A stretch of DNA of 64,000 bases from Balanoglossus misakiensis (Eukaryota > Animalia > Hemichordata), in contig CM082576.2 of the NCBI GenBank assembly GCA_040954595.2, forward strand, positions 14,139,129-14,203,128, in the 5' to 3' direction. The notes under the pieces are model-generated. The model had not been told where the DNA came from, searched no databases, and saw only the letters and a list, made by a program, of their open reading frames with translations. Position 1 is the stretch's first letter. Every line of letters begins with the position of its first letter. The translations under genes and the position numbers were made by a program. Shown here one piece after another: positions 25,602-59,400 of the stretch.

Positions 25602-26383
25602 CATGAATGTTTACATTTGAAATTGTCACTGCTGGTTATAAGATGATGTCTCCTGGTGATAAGAATGCTCAAAAACTGTTCGACTAAGAAAATGGCCGAC
25701 TGGGAACTCTTTAGTTTCTACCTCCCGTTGCAAGTCTTCGACACAATTGACGGGCACAAATCTCATGAAGTTAAGACACGTCAACTCTTCCTCTGTGTTG
25801 GTGGGTTATTATCCTGACTCCCTCTTCGTTTCGTTATTTGTCGAACCAGAGCGCCCTCTCTCTGCTGAACTTCGGCAGATTCTCTTGAATTTTCCACCTG
25901 AATTTCGTCCGTCATGGCGATGATGTCGTCCATTTTAGCCAATACAATGTGTACACAGAAGAAAAAGGGGTCAAAATAAAAGTTATGGCATATTATGTTT
26001 TAATTTCAATGCGTAATTCTTGTTTCTCGCATGAAAGTATGGCGGTATAAAAATGTATACATTGGCGTGGTGCAATGTGTTGGGGGTGGGGTGGGGTGGG
26101 GTGAGGCGTGGCATAGTATGCATGTGGGTTATAAATGAGAAATGTGCGTGGATGGTCTTATTGCATGTGTGCCCATATGGGACTTCTCCTTTGCTAAACA
26201 GTTGAGGGCGCGTCAGTGAAGAGCCTTGCAGCGAACCGTGGGCTGTGAGAAAGTCTGGGTCTATATTTGGACAACCGAACCCGAGCGTTATTGGAAACAA
26301 TCCATTAGGCGTACATGGGACTGTGAATCGGGGTATATGCTAAAACGAGATGCTGTATCCACTATCTCCTGATATTTTCTTAA

Positions 26384-26467
26384 CCCTTTCATCCCCCATT
26401 TATGTAAAGAGGTCCACCTTTGCCATTGAAAACAATGAGATTGGACAAAACCATGGCGGTGAAAGGG
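26384..26467. mobile_element. Short piggyBac-like MITE
   Basis: TTAA|CCCTTTCA ... TGAAAGGG|TTAA. Confidence 0.6.
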
Positions 26468-26849
26468 TTAATATTTAAATCTTGTCACTGTAGTCCTGGC
26501 TACTATGATTGGCTGATCATCGAGGGAGGTTTTAACAGCTTTTCAGCATGTGCACACCTTTGACAGGAAATGAGATGCAGAATTCATGAATAAGTAATAT
26601 TAAAGTCCGGCTGCATAGTTGGCTGGGATGGCTAGAAATGCTAAACCACTTTAGTGGCAGCGACTGACAACGTGAGGCAGTTCCGGCAGAGTTGTTGGAC
26701 GCCTATCATTATCCGAGCTGATTGATTGTGACCCAAACTTGCAACAGTCTTCGCATTGATCTCGATGCGCCAGAGAACACCGTTGACTGACGCACATATT
26801 TAGTGGTGTACGTGCTGGTGTTCATTTTGAACACAGAAGAGATATCGTC

Positions 26850-45533
<18,684 letters not shown>

Positions 45534-48269
45534 ATGAATGCATTGAATTTGGAATTCGAACATTTTATATTCACGAGTCTGTATCATTGACTAAATGGAC
45601 TAAATGTATAATGCCTTTAATAATTGTTCAAGGATGCCAACGTAATTAGGATGGCGTACTGAGAATTCAATTGTTTTTGTTTTTGGCCGGCTGTGTATGT
45701 TTGTTTATGTTTGTTTTACTGCAGCTGATTTACCAGTAGGAAAGGTCTTTGGTTCATGAAATGATCGAGTGAGTACACTGAACTTTTACCTTGCCTATGA
45801 GAGTATCGGCGACACTTTTATTGAATCATTTTATTTGGTGTATGCATATATACAAGTGGTAATTAATACATGTTAGATGCAATCATTTTGAGCACAAGAA
45901 GGCTTTAAGATATATTTCTTTTATTCACATTATTTTAATTAATTATAACACAAAACAGTTTAATTCGAGCAATGAAAACACACTTCAGTGATATCCATGT
46001 CACCTTAATCAATCAAATAAAGGAAACTATGCGAGAAAGTTGTTGTATTTGGGATTCTCTTAAGACAAAACCTGGCTCCAGAAAGAACTATAATATCTAT
46101 CAGATACATAAACACGGACAAAGTAAAGTTATAGGCTCGCCTAAGTCTCAGAACTGGTTCAACCGGGGATGTAGAATGTAGATGAATGTTTCGCCCTATA
46201 TTAGTCTAACACGTTCCTTTTCGTGCTGTACACAAGAAAGCTTATTGAAATACCTTTCTAATGTTGCTCGAAGCAACTTATGAAAGTTGATATGGAGAAA
46301 TCGAAATTTATGATTCTCTCTGATTGTTAAAGTCATTATGGAAGGGCCTGACATTTTGGTTTCAATAAAAACAAGTGAATGTTGTCTCGTGTAATGATTA
46401 CAAACCGACGGAAAGCTGTTCAAACATCATCAAAACAATAAATATATTGCCTTGTCAAATTCTAAAGGTAAATTTCAAACGTTCCACCATACTATAACGA
46501 CTCGCATTCTGTGGGATTTTAAGATCAGAGATATGGGACAGTCGCCAGACGAGAGCAACGAAACAATATATCAGTGTTTCTCAGAGTCTATAGACCCAAG
46601 ACGCACAAATATTGAGAGACAGTTGTTATTAAACTTGTCTTATATTTTTGTCATGAAATCAAGCATCGAAGAAGAAATACTGCAATCAAAATAGTGGGTT
46701 TTTTCACTTCATGTTCACGTGGTTTGGCACACATTCAAGCCGTCTGGACGGAACTATTTTTCACCGGGTATGGCTGGCACAGTTGTCGGGGTTCTAAGTA
46801 AATCTAACTGATTAAAGCTGTGTCCACAAATTTATTGAACGTGTTGACAAACTGAGACAATAAAAATTACATGATGCTACTGCGAGCATTTAAAAAATAC
46901 GATTGACGAGATAAATAATTCCTTAAAAACCTAACCCTCCCTCCTGTTCCAAAGTACATGTACCAAATGGTCCATTCTGAGGACCATATATACATTGTCC
47001 TTTCTCGCCGTAAGATTTACTTTTACCTTTTGGGGCAAGATATTCCCACCTCTACAGTTTTCTGCGCTGTCTGACATTTTTAAGGTAAAGTTCACTGTTT
47101 TTGTATATATTCGATTGGTGGGAGATATCATGCAAATTTTTCTTTCCAGTTGATTTTACTTTTAGTCCTGGAGTTTCTGGTAGCAAACTTTTCGCATTGT
47201 ATTTTTAACACTCCATTTTAAAGTTGCACTGGTTATAGGCTAGTCATTCAAATAGGAGTCGTGTATTGCTTACCGCTTTATTGGACTTACACATGCTTAG
47301 ACATCGATCATCCTAATTTTGGGACGAAGTTTTGCCCAAAGTTTTAAAATACAACATCCAAGAAAATAAAGAATATGTTCTAGCGAACTCGATCTTGTAG
47401 AGAAACCTAGACACGCCTTTTTAGTTTTTGCAAAAAGGGTGGGTGTAGAGAAACCTAGACTCGCTTTGTAGTTATCGGCCACGGTATTATTGACATTACT
47501 GATTAAGCGTACTAAATACTGGTGAGTGTAGCAAGACATAAAGATGCGAACGTACATCGTACTCTTGTACTTTGTCTGGCCATAGTCACGTTCATGCCCG
47601 ATGTCGACCTTCCATGAGCTCTTTGGCCAAGAATGTTGTCGAAATCCTCTTGTATTGGACCCCGGTGAAGACACCACAGTCTGCAACATGTACTGGCTAA
47701 TATTCCCGTTATTTGTTTTGTGCATAGGCCTACAACTACTTTTCTTGTTTTCCTCTCCATATTGTCCCAACACATCCAGTTTTCCACTTGTCAATAACAC
47801 CAATGATCATTGTTATTGTTTACAAACGCGTTGAAGTCCGGACTCGAATACAAGTTTCAAACAACAATGTCGATTGTGCACACAGGCTATGTGTTTAACA
47901 CTACCAATTTAACCCTGCCTCTGTGAGCCAAACACGAAACCATGGTCCATACACAGAATAAAGAATACACAGAAATAGCCAACACTTACAGATACTGAAC
48001 TTTCAACTGTGCTCATTTTCGAAGAGGCCAGTGGATCTTAATTGAAATACCTGTTGACTACGGTTGAGAGCAAAATGATGAAAGTTGATATGGAGAAAGC
48101 GATATTTATTGCTTCAGCTTGCTGGTTACCGAAGTCATCATTAAAGATTGGCACTTTCGCTGTAATGAAATAAACGCGAATCTAATACCCAGACTTGTTG
48201 TTCTCAGCAACAAATGTCTGAAAGCTGTTCAAACAACAGAAGAGCTAGAACCATAAAGCTATTAATTAT

Positions 48270-51200
48270 TAGGGCACAAGCCAAGCAGGCTTGTGCCCTA
48301 TTGGTATTACTGGGTTTTTTTAGGGCACAAGCCAAGCAGGCTTGTGCCCTATTGGTATTACTGGGGTTTTTAGGGCACAAGCCAAGCAGGCTTGTGCCCT
48401 ATTGGTATTACTGGGGTTTTTCATCTTTTTTTTTTTTTTTTTTTTTTTCTTGTGTAGTTTTTTTGCTCAGGTAGATCTTGAAAACGGCTGAACCTACAAA
48501 TCTCAAACTTGGCACAATGGTGCAGGTCTATGAGAGCTCGTGCAGTACCCTCGTGAATGTGTAATTAGTCACATGACCTGATGACCATATATGGGCAAAG
48601 TTTTCAAATGGGCCTAATTTGCATATGAATGACGATATCAAAATTCTGTGCAATCATTTTGCGGACCATATGGTCAGTGTCCTACATGCTAAATTTCAAG
48701 GCTCTGGGCCAAGTCAATTTTGAGAAGAAGATTTTTAAATATTATATTTCATATTTTTTGGACCCAGCCATAGGCCTATACTTTCTATAGTTAAGCTATG
48801 ATGCTATGTCCACATCTGTGCAATGGTCCTGTACTGTGACTCTCTATTGGCCCGTGAGCAAAATGGGACCAAAATAAAAGGCAAAATTTTGGGCTCACCT
48901 GTAACACCTGCTTAACTCATTAATTATGTGCATACCTAATTCTGTGCTAACTAATAGGGCTAGAGGTTTTGTGCTTGTGGGACATGGACCAGTATAGGGT
49001 AAAAAAAAATTGCCCAAATTTTAGGTGACCTCAGGTGACCTTTGACCTACTTTCCTATATCTCGGCATCCAGAGCAGGTACAGACTTGGCGTTTGGAGGG
49101 TTGGGACTAAAATTTAAAAGCCAAAATTGAGGGTCACCTGTGACACCTGCTTATCTCATTAATTATGTGCATACCTAATTCCAGGCCAACCAATAGGACT
49201 AGAGGTTTGATTTTTGCTGAACATGAACCAGTATGGGGTCAAAATTTCTTGCTCAAATTTTGGGTGACCTCAGGTGACCTTTGACCTACTTTACCTTATC
49301 TCGGCATGCACAGCAGCTACAGCCTTGGCATTTGGAGGGATGGAACTCCTGATGGAGCCTTACACTTTACCTCATTAATTATGCACATACATAATTGTAG
49401 GCGAACCAATAGGGCTAGAGATTTTGCTCTTGTGGGACACGGACCAGTATGGGGTCAAAATTTCTTGCCCAAATTTTGGGTGACCACTTATGACCTCTGA
49501 CCTTCGGCTTAAGCTTGGGCCCGTCATCGCTGCTTGCAGCTATATTTCATCCTCTTCTTTTTCTTGTGTAGTTTTTTTGCCCAATAGGATCTTGAAAACG
49601 GCTGAACCTACAAATCTCAAACTTGGCACAGTGATGCAGGCCTATGAGAGCTGGTGCAGTACCCTCGTGAATGTTTAATAAGTCATGTGACCTGATGACC
49701 ATATATGGGCAAAGTTTTCAAATGGGCCTAATTTGCATATGAATGGAGATATCAAAATTCTTTTAGCAACTTTTGCGGACCATGTGGTCAGTGTCCTACA
49801 TGCCAAATGTCAAGGCCATGGGCCAAGTCTATTGTCAGAAGAAGATTATTAAATATTATTTGTCATATTTGTGGACCCAGCCATAGGCCTATACTTTCTA
49901 TAGTTAAGCTATGACACTATGTCCACGTCTGTGCAATTGTCCTGTACAGTGACAGTCTAGTGGCCCGTGAGCTGAATGGGACCAAAATAAAAGACAAAAT
50001 TTTGGGCTCACCTGTAACACCTGCTTAACTCATTAATTATGTGCATACCTAATTCCGGGCTAACTATTAGGGCTAGAGGTTTTGTTCTTGTGGGACATGG
50101 ACCAGTATGGGATCAAAACTTTTTGCTTAAATTTTGGGTGACCTCAGGTGACCTTTGACTTACTTTCCTATATCTTGGCATCCACAGCAGGTACAGACTT
50201 GGCGTTTGGAGGGTTGTGACTAAAATTGAAAAGACAAAATTGGGGGTCACCTGTGACACCTGCTTATCTCATTAATTATGTGCATACCTAATTCCAGGCT
50301 AGCCAATAGGGCTAGAGGTTTGATTTTTGTTGAACATGGACCAGTATAGGGTTAAAATTTCTTGCCCAATTTAGGGTGACCTCAGGTGACCTTTGACCTA
50401 CTTTACCGTATCTCGGCAACCCATGCAGATACAGCCTTGGCATTTGGAGGCATGGAACTCCTAATGGAGCCTTATACTTTACCTCATTAATTATGTGCAT
50501 ATCTAATTCTAGGCGAACCAATAGGGCTAGAGGTCTGGTTTTTGTTGGACCTGGACTAGTATGGGGTCAAAATTTTTTGCCCAAATTTTGGGTGACCACA
50601 TATGACCTTTGACCTTCGGCTTAAGCTTGTGCCCGTCATCGCTGCTTGCAGCTATATTTAGGGCACAAGCCAAGCAGGCTTGTGCCCTATTGGTATTACT
50701 GGGGTTTTTCATCCTCTTCTTTTTCTTGTGTAGTTTTTTTGCCCAATAGGATCTTGAAAACGGCTGAACCTACAAATCTCAAACTTGGCACAGTGATGCA
50801 GGCCTATGAGAGCTGGTGCAGTATCCCTGTGAATGTTTAATTAGTCATGTGACCTGATGACCATATATGGGCAAAGTTTTCAAATGGGCCTAATTTGCAT
50901 ATGAATGGAGATATCAAAATTCTTTTAGCAACTTTTGTGGACCATGTGATCAGTGTCCTACATGCCAAATATCAAGGCCGTGGGCCAAGTCTATTTTGAG
51001 AAGAAGATTATTAAATATTATTTGTCATATTTGTGGACCCAGCCATAGGCCTATACTTTCTATAGTTAAGCTATGACGCTATGTCCACGTCTGTGCAATT
51101 GTCCTGTACAGTGACTGCCTACTGGCCCGTGAGCAGAATGGGACCAAATTAAAAGGCAAAATTTCGGGCTCACCTGTAACACCTGCTAAAGTCATTAATT

Positions 51201-53170
51201 ATGTGCATACCTAATTCCGGGCTAACTAATAGGGCTAGAGGTTTCGTTCTTTTTGGTCATGGACCAGTATGGGGTTAAAAAAATTTGCCCAAATTCTGGG
51301 TGACCTCAGGTGACCTTTGACCTACTTTCCTATATCTCCGCATCAATAGCAGGTACAGACTTGGCGTTTGGAGGGTTGGGACTATAATTGAAAAGCCAAA
51401 ATTGGGGGTCACCTGTGACACCTGCTTATCTCATTAATTATGTGCATACCTAATTCCAGGCTAACCAATAGGGTTAGAGGTTTGATTTTTGTTGAACATG
51501 GACCAGTATAGGCTCAAAATTTCTTGCCCAAATTTTGCATGACCTCAGGTGACCTTTGACCTAATTTACCATATCTTGGCAACCAGAGCAGGCAAAGACT
51601 TGGCGTTTGGAGGGTTGGGACTAAAATTGAAAAGCCAAAATTTGGGGTCACCAGTGACACCTGCATATCTCATTAATTATGTGCATACCTAATTCCAGGC
51701 TAACCAATAGGGCTAGAGGTTTTGTTCTTGTGGGACATGGATCAGTATGGGGTCAAAAATTATGCCCAAATTTTGGGTGACCTCAGGTGACCTTTGACCT
51801 ACTTTGCTATATCTTGGCATCCAGAACAGGTACAGCATTTGTGTTTGGATGGATCGAACTATTAATGGAGTCTTACACTTTACATCATTAATTATGTGCA
51901 TATCTAATTTCAGACAAACCAATAGGGCTAGAGGTCAGGTTTCTGTTGGACCTGGACTAGTATGGGGGTCAAAACTTTTTGCCCAAATTTTGGGTGACCA
52001 CATATGACCTTTGACCTTCGGCTTAAGCTTGTGCCCGTCATCGCTGCTTGCAGCTATATTCTTCTTTTTTTTTTTCTTGTGTCGTTTTTTTGCCCAACAG
52101 GATCTTGAAAACGGCTGAACCTACAAATCTCAAACTTGGCACACTGATGCAGGCCTATGAGAGCTGGTGCTGTACCCTCGTGAATGTTTAATAAGTCATG
52201 TGACCTGATGACCATATATGGGCAAAGTTTTCAAATGGGCCTAATTTGCATATGAATGGAGATATCAAAATTCTTTTAGGGATTTTTGCAGACCATGTGG
52301 TCAGTGTCCTACATGCCAAATGTCAAGGCCGTGGGCCAAGTCTATTTTGAGAAGAAGATTTTTTTATTTTTCATGTTTTTGGACCCAGCCATAGGCCTAT
52401 ACTTTCTATAGTTAAGCTATCACGCTATGTCCACGTTGGCTGTGCAATGGTCCTGTACAGTGACTCTCTATTGGCCCGTGAGCAGAATGGGACCACAATA
52501 AAAGGCAAAATTTTGGGCTCACCTGTAACACCTGCTTAACTCATTAAATATGTGCATACCTAATTCCAGGCTAACTAATAGGGCCAGAGGTTTTGTTCTT
52601 GTGGGACATGGACCAGTATGGGATCAAAAATTTTTGCCCAAATTTTAGGTGACCTCAGGTGACCTTTGACCTACTTTCCTATATCTCGGAATTCACAGCA
52701 GGTACAGACTTGGCGTTTGGAGGGTTGGGACTAAAATTGAAAAGCCAAAATTGGGGGTCACCTGTGACACCTGCATATCTCATTAATTATGTGCATACCT
52801 AATTCCAGGCTAACCAATAGGGCTAGAGGTTTTGTTCTTGTGGGACATGGATCAGTATGGGGTCAAAAATTTTGCCCAAATTTTGGGTGACCTCAGGTGA
52901 CATTTGACCTACTTTGCTATATCTCGGCATCCAGAGCAGGTACATCATTTGTGTTTGGATGGATCGAACTATTAATGGAGTCTTCCACTTTACATCATTA
53001 ATTATGTGCATTTCTAATTTCAGACAAACCAATAGGGCTAGAGGTCAGGTTTCTGTTGGACCTGGACTAGTATGGGGGTCAAAACTTTTTGCCCAAATTT
53101 TGGGTGACCACATATGACCTTTGACCTTCGGCTTAAGCTTGTGCCCGTCATCGCTGCTTGCAGCTATATT
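48270..53170 (+). mobile_element. Tandem array of four HINE-like (Helentron-associated, non-autonomous rolling-circle-type) elements
   Basis: Units end at 49546, 50658, 52060 and 53170 with gcttgtgccc (subTIR) + gctgcttgcagc (stem-loop) + tatatt. The 5' hairpin gggcacaagc-caagcag-gcttgtgccc occurs three times at 48270-48400 and once at ~50660. Internal subrepeats of ~240 bp vary in number. Non-coding. Confidence 0.7.
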
Positions 53171-54775
53171 TTTTCACTTGTTATTTCACTTGTTAATATA
53201 GGCAATAAATGTCGCGCCGAACTTTCTCCCGGTCTCACTCAAGCCAGTTTATGATCCCAACTTCGGGGTGATGGCAGCACTCGAAAATATCAATTTATTG
53301 AGAAAATTTCAATCTGCTTCTCTGCTGCGTGCTCGTGTTCCTGTCCCCTATACTGAGTCTCGTACACAAAAAAATCGAAAAAAAGTTATTCGTTTAATTT
53401 GCATGGGTTTCCCAAGTAACCATTCAATCATCGATATCCATGTTGTAAATGCGCCACGCGGATATCGTATTTGTCCGTTGACTATTGACTATATTCCGGA
53501 AAACTGACAATCTATAGATTGCAAGAAGCGTGTATGTCCGCGCTTACAAGGAACATCTGAGAAACTCAATACATCAAGTCAGCATATCATGGCCGATGTT
53601 GTTTGTTATAAACCTTGACCGAAATCTGTGAGGTTGTCGCTTGGGTTCAAATAACTGCACGAAAATACCAACAATTGTGCGTCACGTGAACACCAATGCT
53701 CTTGTTGCCGGGGATCGTGTTGTAAATACCTGTCATTCAATTCGGTGCATGGAGAGATTACTAGTACTTGTACGTTTATTGCTCAATCCAAGGCCCCGAT
53801 AGTTAATTCAGTTGCGTCAACCTGCCGGGTTCGTACCTGTTGCGATTTTCAAAGTTGCAACTCTCACGTCAAGAGGGGTGATCTGTGAATTAAAGTGTTT
53901 TTCACTGTGTTGTGTCCTTGCGTGTTTTTGTTGACATCGGATGGTGACTTCCGTGCGATATCCATGATGGTATAGACTCCCAGGTTTGGACCGCTACATC
54001 CGGGAAACTGAACTTGTGAACAGGCATTGGACTTCTCTGCTCACCTGTTAGAGCTGTCGTTTTTTCTTGATTCAGACCCTTTGCACTGACGTTCACACTA
54101 TACTGTATCAACCCCTGCTGTATTTCTCATGTACGACAACATGAAAACAATCAAGACTTGAGTAGACGGCGATCTTTGGTGACGCCAAGCATTGAAGCGG
54201 TTTTCAAAACGTCCGTTTCCATGGTTTCGAATTTACCACTAGTTCGTCGTCCATTACTTCATATAGTAGTAAGCATTTCCGCTCATCTGCATGCAAATTA
54301 CGTCAAAAATTGTTCGTAGGACGTTCGAATGTTTGATTAAATAAATACAATAAATTTATTCCCCGCTGTTTAGTGCAACCCGCGGCGTGGTATTAGTTCT
54401 GCATGGGCAGTGATTCACCGAGGCACAACTTGTCATCAATTCAACTGTTTGCTTTAATTTGCCTTCCTTTCCTTATAGCCTGAGTGTAATGTCATTTATT
54501 TGGTGTTAACCAGATCCGGGGGGGGGGGGTTAAGTGGCGGCACGCCCGTTCATCATGTCATGATACAGATTTGTTCTCTATGTAATAATGTTGCTAGTCT
54601 TGCCTTCCGTTCCAAGGTTGACCTCCGGATGACTCTTCCAAATACTAGTATACGACGATAGTCCGCTCCACCATGAAAGCCAAGCAATATGAGACCATCG
54701 TCACGTATCGTCATTTCGAAACAAAAATCTCAGAGTATCTGATGGAGACCGATGACTTACTATATAGGTGACGCC

Positions 54776-55121
54776 AACACAACACAACACAACACAACAC
54801 AACACAACACAACACAACACAACACAACACAACACAACACAACACAACACAACACAACACAACACAACACAACACAACACAACACAACACAACACAACAC
54901 AACACAACACAACACAACACAACACAACACAACACAACACAACACAACACAACACAACACAACACAACACAACACAACACAACACAACACAACACAACAC
55001 AACACAACACAACACAACACAACACAACACAACACAACACAACACAACACAACACAACACAACACAACACAACACAACACAACACAACACAACACAACAC
55101 AACACAACACAACACAACACA
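54776..55121. repeat. (CAACA)n microsatellite
   Basis: Seen directly. Confidence 0.97.
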
Positions 55122-56359
55122 TATCAGGCGATAGTCAACCGGAACGTTTGACTCTTCGAGCCTCGGGATACGGTTGCCTTATAGAATGTGGTCGTTTACT
55201 GGAAGATTACTTTGAGTTTGCTGTGCGTTGGTAACACTGCACTTTCACTGACTGCAAATGTTGTGTATTACCCTTGAAAAACGCAATTTCCCGTTGAGTT
55301 ACAAACTTCATGATGTGTCAGAAAAACCATGCAATAAATTTAGTATTACAAGTAGCTTTTTACGGCTTAATTGACGAAAAAACAACATTTTGGCGAAATT
55401 GCTGGACAGTTATGAAGGGTCTGTGTAAAAGACAGTGATTGTAACTGGATTTTGAGAGTTTCAGCTCGTGACGTCATAATGGTGAAAAGTGTACACGGAA
55501 AATCGAGTGTGTGGCCTGGCCTGCTTTATAGGTTACGCGGGAGTTCTTATTACGAAGAAAGCGTTTGTAGAACTTATACGGAGACCAAATTAGCGTGCCG
55601 TTGACATAAATGCGGGCGACCTGAGATCGAGAAGGTCGCCTTAAATCGACGTTTGTATTTAATTCCATCCACGATATTCTGCGCCTTTATTTAACACCTA
55701 ATGGCGACCTTTTAGTATTGCCGGCGAATGAACAATACACCACAGGCTAACGCAATGACTTCGGTAGAGGGTTAAATCTATACATCAGCACTGTTCAGGA
55801 TACCAGCAGTAGTGACACGCGGCGTCTTTCGCCAACACTCAATTTACACGTGAGCGATGTCCCCGAGCCGACTAATGTGAGCGTACGACACGAACGATGT
55901 GATAGAGCCACTCTATTGGCGCGCGGAGTAATGTTTGTTTGCGGGTACACTAAAATCAGTGATGAAACGTTGCAACGATAGGACTGGTGTTAATTAAGAC
56001 ACATGTCACATTTGCAGGGAATGGTTTATCACAGATACTGATGGAGGAGTGATCGATGCTTTTTTTATCAGGAATGTCAGAGTCAAAAATAACACAATTT
56101 GAAGTGACGCGTCCATTTCCTTGCCTGTCTGAGTACCCCGTGGTGTTCACGTCAAAGCAAGGATAACTCTTTATGTGACCAATATTCTAAATTTAAATCA
56201 CACGATGGGGTTTCCCGCTGGGATTCAAGCGTTTCAAATTTCCTGAGATTCAAGAGAGTTTGTCAAGTAGACAGTTTCCCCCCACCTATTGTACCGGTAC
56301 TGTCAGTCAACAACTGTAATGATTAACTTGTCACCTGTTGGTACCTTTTTCTCTAAGCG

Positions 56360-56366
56360 TATAAAA
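56360..56366 (+). promoter_or_regulatory. Candidate TATA box of the astacin gene
   Basis: TATAAAA about 55 bp upstream of the ATG at 56417. Confidence 0.55.
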
Positions 56367-56416
56367 GAAGATTCGGTGTCGCCCTATACTGCGTGTACTT
56401 CACTGAAACGTCGGAG

Positions 56417-59400
56417 ATGAAGTTGTGTGCCCGGTTCTTGCTGTTCGCTCTCTGCCTAGAAGCGGTTGTTTCCGCTCCGACTGGGGACAAGGTGAGTGCG
56501 AAAATAACGGTGACGCACCGGTCCAAGTTTCAAAGAATGTGCGATTTCCTCTCTCGCAGACAGAAACGTGTGTCCTCACCATGGCTATAATGCCGTGGTA
56601 GCGCTCCGTTTTATGCATTTTCCTTTCGCAAGATAACGTTTAATGTACTGCCTCTAAATTACACGCGATGGGGTGATGACATATAACTTCATACTGACCT
56701 TTCAATGTTCACTGTCTCCTGTACATTTTCATTGTCATTTGTTTTATTTAAACATTGACCTGTACAATAATCTATGTTTCATGTACATGTATAACTTCTA
56801 AAAGTTAGGATTTGAAATTTTAAATAATCCACCATTTTCATAAGTCTATCTTCCTCATGCAGCCATCATCGGTTTTAACTCAAAGCGAGGCTAATTGGGA
56901 AATCCCCTTGATGTGATTGGTCAACTTTCCCCATTGGTCTCGCTTTGAGTTCAAATTCACGTTGGCTGCATGAGGGCGCTGGATCGTGTACTTCAAAATG
57001 TTCTCAATTACACATTTTTCCCAAAATCTCTCAAACATCAGAGGTATTTGAGCGATCCTATACTGAAAAAGTGCGATCAGTGAAGTAAACACGCAACGCG
57101 ATTTCGTTTTCAGGAAAAAACAAAAAGCGCTTGCGGATGGGAAAAGAAAATCGTGCCCACCGAGGGCGAAACGTCTTCCTCGCCAAAGGGCGCCGTGGAG
57201 GGCGACATCATGATGACGGATGAGGAGCGGACGAACTACGAGAATTCCAAGATGGTAAAAGGAAGAATTGGCGTGCGTAAGGCCGTCTCCTCAGCAGACG
57301 ATCTCTGGCCCGGCGGTGTTATTCCGTACGAGTATGCCACCATCGGTGAGTCAATGTGTCGCGGCAGGCAATTCTGTCGTCGTCTCTCAACCACTTGTTT
57401 CATGGTTTCAGTCAATTTCGATACCACACTGCACTTGGTCACGTGTCACTGTCGACATTAACCGCGTGACGTAGTATTTATAGTATTTTTTTGTTTTTCG
57501 CAAATATTTTCCCCTACCCAAATAAAAATCACTAACTACAACCTATATCAATACAAGCATCGAGATGAATCTTTCTTTAGGAACATATTCGTACTCAAAA
57601 TATAATTCTTTAGTGAACTTGAGACATTTCAGCCTGGTACATGTATGTCATTTTCGTCCCCGGGTGGGATTATTGTCAATAGGTATTTTTATGGGATTTA
57701 TCCCTGCCAAATCAGCATAGGGCAAAATTGTTCCAAGTTCAAGACCAAGTGTGTTATTTTGGAGGTTGCGACATCATCTATTAGAATGGTTTCTGACATT
57801 TGAAATGCTATGCATGGTCACTGACAGCTGTTTATTCGGTAGTGTACCCGGCCGTTGTCAAGCGTCGCGGTCAGCTGTGAGCAATTCGACCACCGTGCTG
57901 ACTGCGTGACGGTGACGATGGTGATTTCTTTCACGCCGCGTTCAATGGCTGACACCTGCTATGTAAATGAAGTCTTTTATGCAAATTTCAAGTTCGATCT
58001 TCACTTTCAGATGAAAGCATGAAAATATTCGCGGACATTGCCATGGACGAGTGGTCCAAGAAAACGTGTTTACAGTTCGTGGAACACCCGGCCCCGGGCG
58101 TCACTCACTTAGGGAAAATATCATTCATCGATGGCAGCGGGTAGGACATAATGTTTTTCAGCAAAATCTTCAAAAGAATTTCAAAATTGTGGTGGAAATT
58201 TAGAAAATTCAAAGAATTAAGTTCTCATAGCACCAACTTTGCCTTGAGAGATGAGATGAGACATAATCTTCAAACGAACAAAGTTTTATGTGTATACTAC
58301 AGTACTTGATGGACTGATTTTTACTGAAAGACGATTAGAAGTGTCATGTTTTGTGTTTGAAATTTTATTCCAGCAAACAGGGGTTCAGTTCAGAGCTTAG
58401 TTTTCTTCTCGTTGCAGATGCTACGCGTATATGGGTTTCAAAAACCAGACACGAGAGGTCTCACTGGAGACCGATGCCTGCAGATCGGTGAGTCATCCAC
58501 GCATGCGCTCAAAAATAGTAGCTTCATCGGTGTCTTCAAATAGAGACACGTTCGCTCTGTGTCATCTGTACACTCAATCTGTCACACGTATAATGATTGC
58601 CATTCTGTTGAAGAAGGCCCGACCATTCTATTTTAGAAAACTTGTATATCGGCGTTTATCGATTTTTAGCAAAGTTCTTGTTCTAGACTTGGATACGCAC
58701 CTCCGTATAGTGCCATGGCAACGTGACTTTCCACAGCAACCAAACCTGAACTGGCAGTTATCATTTGTTTCCGTACACAGACAGGCATCGCGATGCACGA
58801 ACTGGGCCATTCAATCGGCCTTCAGCACGAACACGTCCGACCCGACAGAGACGACTACGTCACCATCTACGAAGAGAACATCCAGCCCGGCAAGGAGGGA
58901 AACTTCGATAAGCGAGACCCCGCTTCAGTCAACACCTACGGCATACAGTATGACGTCTGCTCTGTTATGCACTACGACTCAAACGTAAGGAAATATTCAT
59001 ATGACATACATACTTCGCAACAACGTATTGGTCTGTACGAACATAAAGATAATCCCATTTGTTGTTCAGTATAATCATAGTTTGACTGAAACTGGAGTTA
59101 GTAGAAATTGAAAACAAAAGAATTGTCGAATAAGAGAGGACTATTCGGCCAAAGTCTGAATACACTTAATACAATATTGTTTAAATTTTCAACAAACTAG
59201 CGATGTTAATTTCCAACGACAAATTCTGGTGGCAGATGTGAATCTCCACTGAAAGACTGTCCGCAATCATTTCAAAAACATTTTATTTCTGCGCTTGTTT
59301 TTTCTTGTGTCAACAGGCATTCTCTAAAAACGGTTCTCCGACAATCACGGCTGTGTACTCCGACTACACGAGTGTCATGGGGAATCAAAAGGGCATCTCC

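Noticed and set aside
46270-48240. Diverged duplicate stretches (~46280-46430 and ~48078-48235) and the 168-aa minus ORF 47297-47803
   Set aside because: No recognisable domain or consistent exon chain; the WKVDIG resemblance to lectin/discoidin motifs is too short to call.
48576-48605. Hammerhead-ribozyme-like CTGATGA-stem motif in each array unit
   Set aside because: The stem is followed by GCAAA, not the required GAAA core, and no stem I/III pairing is evident.
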